Source: Alphaproteobacteria bacterium
GTDB lineage: Bacteria; Pseudomonadota; Alphaproteobacteria; JAAXGF01
DNA length: 64,000 nt
Direction: 5' to 3'
Assembly (NCBI GenBank): GCA_963555825.3
Contig: CAUVXB020000001.1
Span: 1,440,001-1,504,000 of the forward strand
Each line of letters begins with the position of its first letter. Position 1 is the first letter of the stretch. Below are positions 32,860-44,140 of this stretch, in pieces. Under the pieces are notes generated by a model. It had not been told where the DNA came from. It searched no databases and was given only the letters and a program-made list of their open reading frames with translations. The position numbers and the translations under genes were made by a program.

Positions 32860-32919
32860 TTATGCGCATGCACAAGGGCCTCGGCCACCCGCATTCGTCC
32901 TGCTACGACGAGGTCTGAC

Positions 32920-34119
32920 GTGGTGAATCGGCGCGCCGTCGCGCTGGCGTGCGCGCTCTACTTCGCCGCGTTGATCGCACTGATCGCCGCGACCGTCGTC
33001 TTCGACATCGACCTCGCGCAAGGCGAGGGCTGGTTCCGCCTGCCGACCGGCTGGTCGCTGCTGCTCGCCGCCATGTACTACGCAGCACCCATCGCGGTCG
33101 CGGCCGTCGTCGGCTATCTGCGCCGTCCCATGCGGAAACACTTCGTCGCCACGGTGACCGTCATCTTCGCCGTTCACGCGGCCTATAGCGTCGCGGTCGC
33201 CGGCATGCGCCTGGCCACCGTCAAGGTCTGGCGGGCCGACATCGAGCAGAGCCATGAGGCGCGGCCGGTGGTCGCCGAATTCGGCCACCGATTCGTCGAC
33301 GACGACGATGACGGCTTGGTAAACCGGGTCGTCCTGGAAGGCAGGCTGGACGCCGACCATCTACCATTCGGCGCCTACACGCTTTACGCCCGGGCGTCGC
33401 ACGGCGGCGCGCCGGGCGTCGGTTTCGGTTACGCCGAAGTCGTCGTCGCGATCGACGCAGAGCAAGTGCACGAGTTCGCATACGAGGTCGATGCACGCTA
33501 CCTGCGCGATCTGGCGGAGGCGGGCCCGTTCGACATCCACCTCGGTCTCAGCCGCCACTTCACCGTCAGCCCGACCGGCAAGCGGATCGTCGCGCTGTGC
33601 CGTTCGGCGGCGTTCCTCTGTCCGACGTCGCGCCTTGGCTACGATCCCGTGCTCTACGACGACATCGTCGAGATCGCGCGTTTCGACGCCGTCGACACGG
33701 TCGCGCTGGCGCCCGAGACGATTCAGCGCAATCAGCTCGTCTTCATGCGCTACCTCGGCGACACCGGGCGCGACGACGACGGCGACGGGCTGTTCGATGC
33801 GCTGATCGTCTCGATCGAGCTCGATTCGATCTATGCCGGCCCGCTCTACATCCAGGCGCAGATCGCAGGCGCCGCCAGCGGCCATGTGCAGCAGACCTCG
33901 CCGATCGGCAAAGGCATCGGACAATTCGACGTCGTGCTCGACGGCGGTCGGTTGCGCGCGTTAGGCCGCGACGGTCCCTACACGCTCGGCGCCTTCGCAT
34001 TGCTCAATAACGACCCCTATTGTCCGGGCGGCGCCTGCGTCATCGAGAACCGGCCGGTGTTCACCGTCTACCTCGATGCCTACACGACCAAGGCGTACCG
34101 CGCCGAGCAGTTCGAGTAG
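32920..34119 (+). CDS. Membrane-anchored hypothetical protein with DxDxDG-type motifs
   Basis: Three N-terminal hydrophobic segments; DDDDDGLVN and RDDDGDGLFD motifs; host-like codon usage. Confidence 0.65.
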   Translation: MVNRRAVALACALYFAALIALIAATVVFDIDLAQGEGWFRLPTGWSLLLAAMYYAAPIAVAAVVGYLRRPMRKHFVATVTVIFAVHAAYSVAVAGMRLATVKVWRADIEQSHEARPVVAEFGHRFVDDDDDGLVNRVVLEGRLDADHLPFGAYTLYARASHGGAPGVGFGYAEVVVAIDAEQVHEFAYEVDARYLRDLAEAGPFDIHLGLSRHFTVSPTGKRIVALCRSAAFLCPTSRLGYDPVLYDDIVEIARFDAVDTVALAPETIQRNQLVFMRYLGDTGRDDDGDGLFDALIVSIELDSIYAGPLYIQAQIAGAASGHVQQTSPIGKGIGQFDVVLDGGRLRALGRDGPYTLGAFALLNNDPYCPGGACVIENRPVFTVYLDAYTTKAYRAEQFE

Positions 34120-34134
34120 CGGCGCGCCGGCGAC

Positions 34135-35175
34135 TCACGCCGCCGAGCGGAAGGCGGCCGCGGCGATCCTGGTGAACTTCTTGCGATAGGCCGCCGGGGT
34201 CATGCCGACCCGACGCTTGAACAGGCGGCGGAAGAAGGTCGGGTCCTCGTAGCCGACCAAATGACCGATCTCCTCGACGTTGGCGTAGTTCGCCTCGAGC
34301 AGCTGCTTGGCCTCCTCGATGCGGGTCGCCTGCACGTAGTCCATCGGCTGATAGCCGGTCGCCGCCATGAACCGGCGCGCGAAGGTGCGCGATTTCAGCC
34401 CCGACCGCGCAGTCATGCTGGCAACCGGGCTTTCGCAGGCGTAATTCTCGGCGATCCAGGCCTGGCAGTCGCCGATGACGGCGTCGGATTGCTGCACACG
34501 GCTGGTAACCACGGCATAGGGCAACTGGCCTTCCGAATGGCCCGACAGTATGAAAATCTTGGCCGCCTGGATCGCGTGCTCGGGCGAGCTAAGCCGGGCG
34601 ATGACGTAGAGCGCCAGCTCCTGCCACGACGTCACGCCGCCAGTGGTCACGATGCGGTCGTCCTCGCCCGCAAAGGAGAGAATCTCGCCGAGGCGCAGCT
34701 TGACCTTGGGGTAGTGCTTGCGGAACAGATCGCGATAGGCCCAATGCCCCGAAGCCACCTCGCCGTCCAGCAGGCCGGCCTCGGCCAGAACCAACGAACC
34801 CGAGCAGACCGAGCTAACCGTCGAGCCCTTGGCGTACAGGCGCTTGATCCAGTCGATCTCCCGGTCGTAGATACCTCGCGGCGGTGTGTCGATCGGCGTG
34901 TACATGTCGCAGACGATGATGAAATCCGCCTCTTCCAGCGCCTCGATATCGCCGTGCGGCTCGACCATGATGCCGCCGAAGCAGCGGAACGGCTCGGCGC
35001 TGGCCGCGACGATCCTGACATCGAGCACCTCGTCGCCGGTCTTGCCGCTCGTCATTTCACCATAGAGGGCGCCGGCCGTGCTCAACACGTCGTAGAGGCC
35101 GTAGAGCACCGACGGCGACGTCTCGGTCGACGCCAGCAGGCACACCAGCGGTCGCCGGGTATTACTCGCAGTCAT
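34135..35175 (-). CDS. GlxA-family (DJ-1 + AraC) transcriptional regulator
   Basis: SVCSGSLVLAEAGLLDG; C-terminal VGYEDPTFFRRLFKR. Confidence 0.9.
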   Translation of the reverse strand: MTASNTRRPLVCLLASTETSPSVLYGLYDVLSTAGALYGEMTSGKTGDEVLDVRIVAASAEPFRCFGGIMVEPHGDIEALEEADFIIVCDMYTPIDTPPRGIYDREIDWIKRLYAKGSTVSSVCSGSLVLAEAGLLDGEVASGHWAYRDLFRKHYPKVKLRLGEILSFAGEDDRIVTTGGVTSWQELALYVIARLSSPEHAIQAAKIFILSGHSEGQLPYAVVTSRVQQSDAVIGDCQAWIAENYACESPVASMTARSGLKSRTFARRFMAATGYQPMDYVQATRIEEAKQLLEANYANVEEIGHLVGYEDPTFFRRLFKRRVGMTPAAYRKKFTRIAAAAFRSAA

Positions 35176-35302
35176 CGTTCCTCCTCCTCCGCGCTATGTC
35201 AAATTAGCCCCGATTCGCGTCATTACGCCTCTTACGGACGCCGCCGTCCACCATTATTCTCGTGATATTGTGGCCCAGTCCGCGAACAAGAAGGAGGCGA
35301 AC

Positions 35303-36727
35303 ATGCCCGACCAACCAACATCGACATCTTCCCTATCGACAGAAGTTATCGAGGCGTTCGGCGCCAGTCTTCGCGGCGAGCTCGTGCTGCCCGACAGCGA
35401 CGGCTACGACGCGGCGCGGCTCAACTGGAACGGCATGTTCGACAAGCGCCCGGCGCTGATTGCGAGTTGCAGCGGCACCGCCGACGTCATCGCCGCGGTC
35501 GACTTCGCGCGCGACAACGGGCTGCTCACCGCGATCCGCTCGGGCGGCCACAACTCGGGTGGCTCGGGCTCGTGCGACGGCGGCATCATGATCGATCTGT
35601 CGGGCATGAACGCCGTCCACGTCGACCCCAAGACGCGGCGCGCCCGCGTCCAGGGCGGCGCGACCTGGGGCGATTTCGACCGCGAGGCGCAGGTTCACGG
35701 ACTGGCGACGCCGGGCGGCGTCGTCTCGGCGACCGGCGTCGCCGGGCTCTCGCTCGCCGGCGGCCTGGGCTGGCTGCGCGGCAAACACGGCCTCAGCCTC
35801 GACAACATCATCTCGGTCGACATCGTCACCGCCGACGGCGTCCTGCGCACCGCCAGCGAGGACGAGAACGCGGAGCTGTTCTGGGGCATCCGCGGCGGCG
35901 GCGGCAACTTCGGCGTCATCACCTCGTTCGAGTTCCAGGTCCACCCACTCGGCCCGACCGTGATGTTCGCCGGGCCGGTCTACCGCGCCGCCGACGCGGC
36001 GCAGGTGATGAAGGCCTGGCGCGAGTACTTGGCGACCGCGCCCGACGAGATCGGTGGCATGCTGGTCGAGTTTTCCACTGTCGCCGCAGACCCCGAATTC
36101 CCTGAGGAGATATGGGGCGAGAAGGTCATGACGCTGGCTGGCGTCTGGGCCGGCCCGGCCGACGAGGGAGAGGCCGCGGTGCAGCCGCTGCGCGAGCTGG
36201 CCGAGCCGGTGATGGATTACTCGGGCCAGATGCCCTACTGCGACGTCCAGCAACTGTTCGACGCGCTGTTCCCCAAGGGCGTCCACCACGCCTATTTCAA
36301 GTCGGTCTATCTGGGCGATCTCGAGGACGCGGTGATCGACGAGATCGCGCCGCGCATGGCGGATCGGCCGTCCGACCTGACACTGTGCTCGGTCTGGTAC
36401 TTGGGTGCGGCGACCAGCCGCGTCGCGGCCGACGCGACCGCCTTCGGCGCGCGTGACATGGGCTGGATGCTGAGCATCGACGGCATCTGGGAGGACCCGG
36501 CCGACGACGAGACGAACCTCGCCTGGGCGCGCCAGTTCTGGGCCGACATGAAGCACCGGTCAAACGGCCGCGCCTATCTCAACTTCGCCGGCCTCGGCGA
36601 GGAGGGCGAGGAACTGGTGCGCACCAGTTACGGCGCCGCCAACTACGAACGCCTCGCCGCGCTCAAGTTCCAATACGACCCAACCAACCTGTTCCGGCTC
36701 AACCAGAACATCAAGCCGGGCGGGTGA
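35303..36727 (+). CDS. FAD-binding oxidoreductase, berberine bridge enzyme-like
   Basis: RSGGHN, RGGGGNFGVITSF, YLNF...YDPTNLFRLNQNI motifs. Confidence 0.92.
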   Translation: MPDQPTSTSSLSTEVIEAFGASLRGELVLPDSDGYDAARLNWNGMFDKRPALIASCSGTADVIAAVDFARDNGLLTAIRSGGHNSGGSGSCDGGIMIDLSGMNAVHVDPKTRRARVQGGATWGDFDREAQVHGLATPGGVVSATGVAGLSLAGGLGWLRGKHGLSLDNIISVDIVTADGVLRTASEDENAELFWGIRGGGGNFGVITSFEFQVHPLGPTVMFAGPVYRAADAAQVMKAWREYLATAPDEIGGMLVEFSTVAADPEFPEEIWGEKVMTLAGVWAGPADEGEAAVQPLRELAEPVMDYSGQMPYCDVQQLFDALFPKGVHHAYFKSVYLGDLEDAVIDEIAPRMADRPSDLTLCSVWYLGAATSRVAADATAFGARDMGWMLSIDGIWEDPADDETNLAWARQFWADMKHRSNGRAYLNFAGLGEEGEELVRTSYGAANYERLAALKFQYDPTNLFRLNQNIKPGG

Positions 36728-36781
36728 CGGTATAGTGAAGGGCTGCCTGCCCGCCGCTTCAGGAGAGGATGGAGATCGCTC

Positions 36782-37414
36782 ATGGCCTACGTCGACTGGA
36801 TGATCAAGGGACTGAAGATCGGCGGCTGTAGCTGCGACTACGGCTGCCCCTGCGAGTTCATGGCGCCGCCGACGCGGCGCCCCTGCGAAGGGTACGAGGG
36901 CATGGAGATCGAGGAGGGCTACTTCGGCGACGTCCGGCTCGACGGGCTGCGCACCGCCGGCACCTTCCGCTGGCCCGGCGCGATCCACGAGGGCGGCGGC
37001 GCCTATCAGCCGGTGATCGACAAACGCGCGACCGAGCAGCAGGTCGCCGCGCTGTTCAAGATCCTCGGCGGCGAGGAGCAGGAGCCGACCACCGCCGCCA
37101 ACATCTACGGCTCGACCATCGCGACCGAACACGAGCCGATCTTCGCCGACATCGACTTCGCCTGCGACATCGCGGCGCGCACCGGCCACGTCCGGGTCGC
37201 CGGCGTCATCGACGCCGTCGTCGAGCCGATCCGCAACCCGGTCACCGGCCTGCCGCACCGCGCCGCGATCCGCCTGCCCGAGGGCTTCGAGTTCCGCGAG
37301 GCCGAGATGGCGAGCAGCGACTTCACCGGAACCGGCGAGTTCGCTCTCGATCACAAGAAGCGCTACGGCGCGCTCACCTATGTCGCCTACGGCCCGTACG
37401 GGATTATCGAGTAG
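36782..37414 (+). CDS. DUF1326 family protein
   Basis: CSCDYGCPC...PCEG N-terminal motif, WPGAIHEG. Confidence 0.8.
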   Translation: MAYVDWMIKGLKIGGCSCDYGCPCEFMAPPTRRPCEGYEGMEIEEGYFGDVRLDGLRTAGTFRWPGAIHEGGGAYQPVIDKRATEQQVAALFKILGGEEQEPTTAANIYGSTIATEHEPIFADIDFACDIAARTGHVRVAGVIDAVVEPIRNPVTGLPHRAAIRLPEGFEFREAEMASSDFTGTGEFALDHKKRYGALTYVAYGPYGIIE

Positions 37415-39335
37415 GCGTGCTGCTCACGCTCGCCGGCGTTTACATGCTGGTCACCGGCTGACACTCAACCCCTCCGATTGACAGCCTTCCGGGGCGGTCC
37501 ATAGAGTGGGCGGCAACGAACCGTCGTATGGGGGAGGCCGTGCCGCAGCCGGGCGTCGAACGCAGGCTCGCCGCGATACTGTCGGCCGACGTGGTCGGCT
37601 ACTCGCGGCTGATGGGCGCCGACGAGGCGGGCACGCTCGGCCGGCTCAAGGCGCACCGCGCCGAGTTCATGGACCCGACCATCGCGGCGCATGGCGGGCG
37701 CATCGTCAAGCTGATGGGCGACGGCGCATTGGTCGAGTTCGCAAGCGTCGTTTCTGCCGTGGATTGCGCCGCCGCGATCCAGCGCGGCATGGCCGAGCGC
37801 AACGCCGGCGAGCCCGAAGCGCGGCGCATCGCGTTCCGCGTCGGCGTCAACCTGGGCGACGTCATCGTCGACGGCGACGATATCTACGGCGACGGCGTCA
37901 ACGTCGCCGCGCGCCTGCAGGAGATTGCCGAGCCGGGCGGCGTGTGCATCTCGGGCGACGCGCAGCGCCAGATCAAGGGCAAGACCGACGCGCGCTTCGA
38001 GGACCTGGGTGAGCGCGAGGTCAAGAACATCGCCGAGCCGGTCCACGTCTACCGCCTGACGACCGCAACCCCAGCGCCAGCGTCGGCCGGGCCCCTCGCC
38101 CTGCCCGACAAGCCGTCGGTCGCCGTGCTGCCCTTCGTCAACATGTCGGGCGACGCCGAACAGGAGTACTTCTCGGACGGCATCACGGAGGACATCATCA
38201 CCGAGCTCACGCGCTTCGGCGAGCTGTTCGTCATCGCGCGCAATTCGTCGTTCTCCTACAAGGGCAAATCGGTCAAGGTGCAGGACATCGGCCGCGACTT
38301 GGGCGTCGCCTACGTCGTCGAGGGCAGCGTCCGCAAGGCGGGCAACCGGGTGCGCGTGACCGCTCAGCTGATCGAGGCGGAGACCGGCAACCACGTCTGG
38401 GCCGAGCGCTACGACCGCGACCTCGAGGACATCTTCGAGGTCCAGGACGAGATCACCCGCGCGATCGTCTCGATCCTGCCGGTGCGGCTGCACGGCGCGC
38501 TGACCAAAAGCGCACTCCGCAAGCCGACCCAGAACCTCACGGCATACGACTATTACCTGCGTGGCCGAGCGGCATATATGCAATCGGTCGGCGAAGACCG
38601 TTCGGCGGTCGACCTGCTTGCAAAGGCGGTTGAGATAGACCCGCGCCTCGCCCACGCATATGCCTTCATGGCGTTGGATTATTCCTATAGCGTCTACGGT
38701 TTACGGCCCCTGGACGAAGACCCGGTTCCGCTGGCGCGCGCGAATATCGAACGCGCGCTCGCCGTCGTGGACGAAGATTCGTTCATCCACGCCATCGCGT
38801 CCGATGTTTATATGATTTTCGGCGATCACGATCTCGCCAGGGGACATGCCGAAAGGGCGATCGCGATCAACCCGAACGATATATGGGTGAGGCATGCCTA
38901 TGGCTTCATGTTGGCCTATAGCGGCGAGCCCGAGAAAGCCGAGACATGGTTGGTCGAGACCCTGCGCCTCGACCCCCACCCGCCAGGTTTCCTGGTCGAA
39001 GCTCTCGCCGAATGCCACTACCTGCTGCACAACTACGAAGCGGTCATCGAGATCTACACGCGGTGGCAGAATCCGCCGCTGCACATGTACACGCAACTCG
39101 CCGCCGCCTACGCGCAACTCGGCCGCATGGACGAGGCCCGCGGCGCGTTCGAGACGTACCAGCGCCTGCGCCCGCCGGACGCCGATTTCGCGTATTACCT
39201 GGCGGCGCATGTGCGCCTGAGAACGGCAGAGCAATAATCCCCCACTGAAGCGGCCGGTCGATCCGGCTGCGGCGGACCAAAATGGGACCGCGTATAGCCT
39301 TCTGTCAGGGTTGCTCTGACTGGAAGGCGGGGGGG

Positions 39336-40835
39336 ATGTATCGGGTGGAGTTGTACGCACGGGTTCGGCGGGCGTGTCATGTCGAGGGGATGAGCACCCG
39401 CGAGGCCTCGCGGGTGTTTGGTGTAGACCGCAAGACGGTCCGTAAGATGCTGTCGTTCTCGGTGCCGCCAGGGTATCGCCGAAGCGCGCCGCCGAGGCGG
39501 CCAAAGCTGGGTCCGTTCACGGGAATCATCGATCGGATCTTGGAAGACGATCGGACCAGCCACCGCAAGCAACGGCACACTGCGAAGCGCATCTTCGACC
39601 GCCTCCGGGACGAGTACGGTTTCACGGGCGGCTACACCATCGTGAAGGACTACGTTCGTGAGCAGGGGCTTCGGTCGCGTGAGGTGTTCGTGCCACTCTC
39701 CCATTCCCCCGGTCACGCCCAGGCGGACTTCGGCGAAGCGATGGCGGTGATCGGCGGCGCGTTACGGAAGATCCACTTCCTTGCCTTCGACCTTCCCCAC
39801 AGTGATGGTTGCTTTGTTGCGGCCTATCCGGCGGAGACGACCGAAGCATTCTGCGATGGCCACAACGCGGCGTTTGCCTTCTTCGGCGGCGTCCCCCGAT
39901 CCATCCTGTACGACAACACCAAGCTGGCGGTTGCCCGGATCCTGGGCGATGGGAAGCGGCAGCGAACGCGCGTCTTCACGGAGCTTCAGTCCCACTATCT
40001 GTTCGAGGACAGGTTCGGCCGGCCGGGCAAGGGCAACGACAAGGGCAAGGTCGAGGGACTGGTCGGCTTCATCCGGCGGAACTTCCTGGTCCCCGTCCCG
40101 CGTGCCGAGAGCTTCGCGGCCCTCAACGATGCTCTCGCCGAACAGTGCCGCCGGCGCCAGGCGGCGCGGCTGCGGGGCCACAAGGAGACCATCGGCGAGC
40201 GTCTCGAGCGGGATCGTCAAGTTCTCTTGCCATTGCCGCCTGCTCCCTATGATGCCTGCGATAAGCGCCCTGGACGGGCGAGTTCGCTGTCGCTGGTGCG
40301 TTACCGCAGCAACGACTATTCCGTGCCCGTGGCCTACGGCCACCGTGAGGTGCTCATCCGGGGCTACGTCGATGAGGTGGTGATCAGCTGCGGGGCCGAG
40401 GTGATCGCCCGGCACCGCCGGTCCTACGACAGCGAGGACCTGATCTTCGACCCGCTGCATTACCTGCCCTTGATCGAGCAGAAGATCGGCGCCCTCGACC
40501 AGGCCGCGCCATTGGCGGGCTGGGACCTGCCCGAGGCCTTCATCACTCTGCGGCGGCTCCTCGAAGCTCGTATGGGCAAGGCAGGCAAGCGCGAGTACGT
40601 CCAGGTGCTCCGTCTACTGGAGACCTTCCGGCTCGAGGAGGTCGAGGGTGCGGTCGGCGACGCCCTGCGGCTCGGCGCAATCGGCTTTGATGCGGTGAAG
40701 CACCTGGTACTGTGCCGCATCGAGCGGCGGCCGCCCAGGCTCAACCTCGACGTCTATCCGTATCTGCCGCGCGCCCGGGTCGCGATGACGTCCGCCAAGT
40801 CGTACATGAGCCTGCTGTCGGGGCTCGGCGCATGA
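39336..40835 (+). CDS. istA: IS21 transposase
   Basis: AQADFGE, LYDNTK, KGKVEG DDE motifs. Confidence 0.92.
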   Translation: MYRVELYARVRRACHVEGMSTREASRVFGVDRKTVRKMLSFSVPPGYRRSAPPRRPKLGPFTGIIDRILEDDRTSHRKQRHTAKRIFDRLRDEYGFTGGYTIVKDYVREQGLRSREVFVPLSHSPGHAQADFGEAMAVIGGALRKIHFLAFDLPHSDGCFVAAYPAETTEAFCDGHNAAFAFFGGVPRSILYDNTKLAVARILGDGKRQRTRVFTELQSHYLFEDRFGRPGKGNDKGKVEGLVGFIRRNFLVPVPRAESFAALNDALAEQCRRRQAARLRGHKETIGERLERDRQVLLPLPPAPYDACDKRPGRASSLSLVRYRSNDYSVPVAYGHREVLIRGYVDEVVISCGAEVIARHRRSYDSEDLIFDPLHYLPLIEQKIGALDQAAPLAGWDLPEAFITLRRLLEARMGKAGKREYVQVLRLLETFRLEEVEGAVGDALRLGAIGFDAVKHLVLCRIERRPPRLNLDVYPYLPRARVAMTSAKSYMSLLSGLGA

Positions 40836-41596
40836 CCGACACACCGCAAGTGCTGCTCGCCCACCACCTCAAGACGCTGAAGCTGCCGACCTTCCTGCGC
40901 GAGTACGACAAGATCGCCCGGCAGTGCGCCTCGGAAGGCGTCGATCACGTCCGCTACCTGTTGAGACTCGCCGAGCTCGAGCTGATCGACCGCGAGCGCC
41001 GCATGGTCGAGCGGCGCATCAAGGCGGCGCGCTTCCCCGTGGTCAAGAGCCTCGACAGCTTCGACTTCAAGGTCATCCCCTCGCTCAACAAGGCGCTGGT
41101 CCTGGAGCTGGCCCGCTGCGAGTACATCGAGCGCCGCGAGAACCTCATCGCGCTCGGCAACAGTGGGACCGGCAAGACCCACATCGCCCTCGGTCTCGGC
41201 CTGGCGGCCTGCCAGAAGGGCCTCTCGGTCGGCTTCATCACCGCCGCCGCGCTGGTCCACGAACTCATCGAGGCCCGCGATGACAAGCAGCTGCTGAGGT
41301 TCCAGAAGAAGCTCGCCACCTACAAGCTTCTGATCGTCGACGAACTCGGCTTCGTGCCGCTGTCGAAGACCGGCGCCGAGCTGTTGTTCGAGGTGTTCAG
41401 CCAACGCTACGAGCGGGGCTCGACCCTGGTCACCACCAATCTGCCCTTCGACGAATGGACCGAGGTGTTCGGCTCCGAGCGCCTCACCGGCGCGCTCCTC
41501 GATCGCCTCACCCACCACGTCAACATCCTCGAGATGAACGGTGACAGCTACAGGCTCAACCAGAGCCGCAGGCGTCAAACCCCGACTGCTAACTGA
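40832..41596 (+). CDS. istB: IS21 ATP-binding helper protein
   Basis: GNSGTGKTH Walker A, LIVDELG Walker B, LLDRLTHH. Confidence 0.94.
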   Translation: MTDTPQVLLAHHLKTLKLPTFLREYDKIARQCASEGVDHVRYLLRLAELELIDRERRMVERRIKAARFPVVKSLDSFDFKVIPSLNKALVLELARCEYIERRENLIALGNSGTGKTHIALGLGLAACQKGLSVGFITAAALVHELIEARDDKQLLRFQKKLATYKLLIVDELGFVPLSKTGAELLFEVFSQRYERGSTLVTTNLPFDEWTEVFGSERLTGALLDRLTHHVNILEMNGDSYRLNQSRRRQTPTAN

Positions 41597-41922
41597 ACCG
41601 ACCACCCAGCCCACGCTTGACCCCGTGGGCCCACAGGTCCCTCCCGCGCGCGCCGCCGCGTCAGCCTGTTGAGGGCACGCCGCGTCGCGCGCGGGGCCCT
41701 CCCGTGGACTACGGGGACAAGCCCGCAGCCGCCAAGCGGTCCCTTCTTACACCGCCGAGGTGGTCCCTTTTTGCTCCGCCATTGACATGCGCCTGTGCAA
41801 GCGCCCCGAAGACGCCGATCACTGGGCCGAGGGCTACCGCAAGGCGGGGCTCGTCGACTAGGCTTGCCAGGCCTGGAAAGTTCGGCCACAGTTCCGCCGG
41901 ATCGACTACGGAGGATCGCGCG

Positions 41923-42903
41923 ATGCTGACGCGGGCTCAGATCGACCAGTACGACGAACACGGTTACCTCGTCATCGAGGGGCTGCTCGACGCCGTGACG
42001 ATCGACGGTCTCAAGCGCGTCACCGACGCGTTCGTCGAGAACTCGCGCGTGGTGGTGGAAAACGACGACATCTACGACCTCGCCCCTTCTCACGCACCAG
42101 GCGACCCGCAGGTGCGGCGCATCAAGGACCCGGTCGACCAACACCCGGCCTACGACGCGGTGATGCGCTCGACCGCTGTGCTCGACGCCATCGAAGGTGT
42201 GATCGGGCCGAACATCCGCTTCGACCACAGCAAGCTCAACATGAAGGCGCCGGGGCGGTCAGGCGCCGCGGTCGAGTGGCACCAGGACTGGGCGTTCTAT
42301 CCGCACTCGAACGACGACATGCTCGCCGTCGGCGTCATGCTCGACGACGCGACCGACGACAACGGCCCGCTCATGATCGTACCGGGCTCCCACCGCGGGC
42401 CGGTCTTCGATCACCACCACGACGGCCGCTTCTGCGGCGCCATCGATAGCGTGGCCGCCGGGCTCGACACGACGCGCGCCGTGGCGTTGACCGCGCCGGC
42501 CGGCTCGATCTCGATTCACCACGTGCGCGCGGTGCACGGCTCGACCGCGAACCGCTCCGATTGCGCGCGCCGGCTGCTGCTGCTGTCCTACGCCGCCGCC
42601 GATGCCTGGCCGTTCCTGGGCGCGCGCGGCCACCGCGGGTTTGACCTCGACGAATTCGATTCGCGCATCGTGCGCGGCCGACCGACGCTGGAGCCTCGCA
42701 TGACGAGCGTTCCGATCCGCATACCGCTGCCCGACGCCGAGCACGACGGTTCGATCTTCGAGAACCAACGGCCCCGCCAGGGCGCCTCGTTCGACGCGCC
42801 GCAGCCGGCACCTGATCCGTCCGCCGATCCACGCCCATCATCGATGCAGCGGGTCTCGAGGCCGCCGGCGCGGCTTGTATGTCATGGGAAGATTTTCCAA
42901 TAA
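41923..42903 (+). CDS. Phytanoyl-CoA dioxygenase (PhyH) family protein
   Basis: EWHQDW, NGPLMIVPGSH, VHGSTAN motifs; C-terminal tail looks non-native. Confidence 0.85.
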   Translation: MLTRAQIDQYDEHGYLVIEGLLDAVTIDGLKRVTDAFVENSRVVVENDDIYDLAPSHAPGDPQVRRIKDPVDQHPAYDAVMRSTAVLDAIEGVIGPNIRFDHSKLNMKAPGRSGAAVEWHQDWAFYPHSNDDMLAVGVMLDDATDDNGPLMIVPGSHRGPVFDHHHDGRFCGAIDSVAAGLDTTRAVALTAPAGSISIHHVRAVHGSTANRSDCARRLLLLSYAAADAWPFLGARGHRGFDLDEFDSRIVRGRPTLEPRMTSVPIRIPLPDAEHDGSIFENQRPRQGASFDAPQPAPDPSADPRPSSMQRVSRPPARLVCHGKIFQ

Positions 42904-43018
42904 CGATGGCTGCCCGTGGGTCAATGTCTGGCAATTTCGTAATCGACAGCGATTCGATCCTTGAGCCACTGACATACTGCGCGAAGCGGGGGTTCGTCGG
43001 CCCGATGCTCGGGCGTGA

Positions 43019-44140
43019 CTAGTGTCCCGATTCCGAAGTTCGCATGATTTTCGCCTGCTGTTCAGCGATTTCGATTGTTCGGAGGCAGAAGCGCTGGATG
43101 GCGCCGAGGATGTCATCGGCGGATTTGGTCCATTTGAAGGGTTTGGGGTTCTGGTTTGTCGTGTCGATGTAGTCGAGGATGGTGCGCTCCAACTCCTTGG
43201 TGGAGCGATGGACGCCGCGCCTGATCTGCTTGTCGGTCAGCAGCCCGAACCAGCGCTCGACCTGGTTCAGCCAGGAGGCGCTGGTGGGTGTGAAATGGGC
43301 CTGCCAGCGCGGCCGTTTGGCGAACCAGTCGCGGATCGCCTTGGTCTTGTGGGTCCCGTAGTTGTCCATGACGATGTGGATGTCGAGATCAGCAGGGACG
43401 TTCGCCTCGACGAGGTCGAGGAATTTGCGGAACTCTCGGGCCCGATGGCGCGGGAAACATTTGCCGATGATCTCTCCCGTGGCGATGTCGAGGGCCGCGA
43501 AGAGAGAGGTCGTGCCGTGGCGCTTGTAGTCGTGGCTGCGCCGCTCCGCCTGCCCGGGGCGCATCGGCAAGAGGGGCTGGGAACGGTCCAGGGCCTGGAT
43601 CTGGCTCTTTTCGTCGACACAGAGAACCAGGGCACGATCCGGCGGCGCCAAATACAGACCGACGATGTCGCGGACCTTCTCCACGAAGAAGGGATCGCTC
43701 GACAGCTTGAAGGTCTCCGAGCGATGCGGCTGCAAGCCGAAGGCCCGCCAGATGCGATGAATGGTCGAGGGCGCGTGGCCGCTCGCCCGCGCCATCGAGC
43801 GAAGGCTCCAATGGGTCGCGTCCGGCGGCGTCTCTTCCAGCGTCAGCCGGACCGCTTCCGCGATGGCGTCATCGCCGATTTGACGCGGCGCGCCGGGGCG
43901 GGGTTCGTCGTACAGACCGTCGAGGCCCTCCGCCGCATAGCGGCGACGCCACTTGCCCACGGTGTCCGCGCTCGCCTCGAGACGAACGGCGATCTCCTTG
44001 TTCTCCAACCCTTCCGCCGCCGCCAAGACGATCCGAGCCCGCCGCGCAAGCCCCTGCGACGTCTTGCGACGACGAGACAGCGCCTCCAATTCGGCGCGCT
44101 CGTCATCGCTCAAAGAGATCGTCACCGCCACTCTCGCCAT
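43019..44140 (-). CDS. IS630 transposase
   Basis: [29 protein letters not shown] motifs. Confidence 0.92.
   Translation of the reverse strand: MARVAVTISLSDDERAELEALSRRRKTSQGLARRARIVLAAAEGLENKEIAVRLEASADTVGKWRRRYAAEGLDGLYDEPRPGAPRQIGDDAIAEAVRLTLEETPPDATHWSLRSMARASGHAPSTIHRIWRAFGLQPHRSETFKLSSDPFFVEKVRDIVGLYLAPPDRALVLCVDEKSQIQALDRSQPLLPMRPGQAERRSHDYKRHGTTSLFAALDIATGEIIGKCFPRHRAREFRKFLDLVEANVPADLDIHIVMDNYGTHKTKAIRDWFAKRPRWQAHFTPTSASWLNQVERWFGLLTDKQIRRGVHRSTKELERTILDYIDTTNQNPKPFKWTKSADDILGAIQRFCLRTIEIAEQQAKIMRTSESGH

Larger units (their letters stand above)
30997..32918 (+). pseudogene. Phytanoyl-CoA dioxygenase (PhyH) family protein, C-terminus cut off by IS630
   Basis: LHAD, NGATRIVPGSH, WHGG motifs; IS removal restores KRL-MRMHKGLGHPHSSCYDEV*. 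Confidence 0.8.
39218..41787 (+). mobile_element. IS21 family element, complete
   Basis: TG...CA ends, 6-bp TSD TGCGCC (39212-39217, 41788-41793), istA-istB. Confidence 0.93.
37528..41861 (+). pseudogene. Adenylate/guanylate cyclase-TolB-like-TPR protein with its C-terminus separated by IS21
   Basis: ADVVGYSRLM, GDGVNVAARL, PSVAVLPF; IS removal restores HVRL-CKRPEDADHWAEGYRKAGLVD*. Confidence 0.85.

Noticed and set aside
32377-34119. 580-aa transposase-membrane protein fusion
   Set aside because: The N-terminal part is an alternative frame of the IS630 element; the plausible gene starts at GTG 32920/32923
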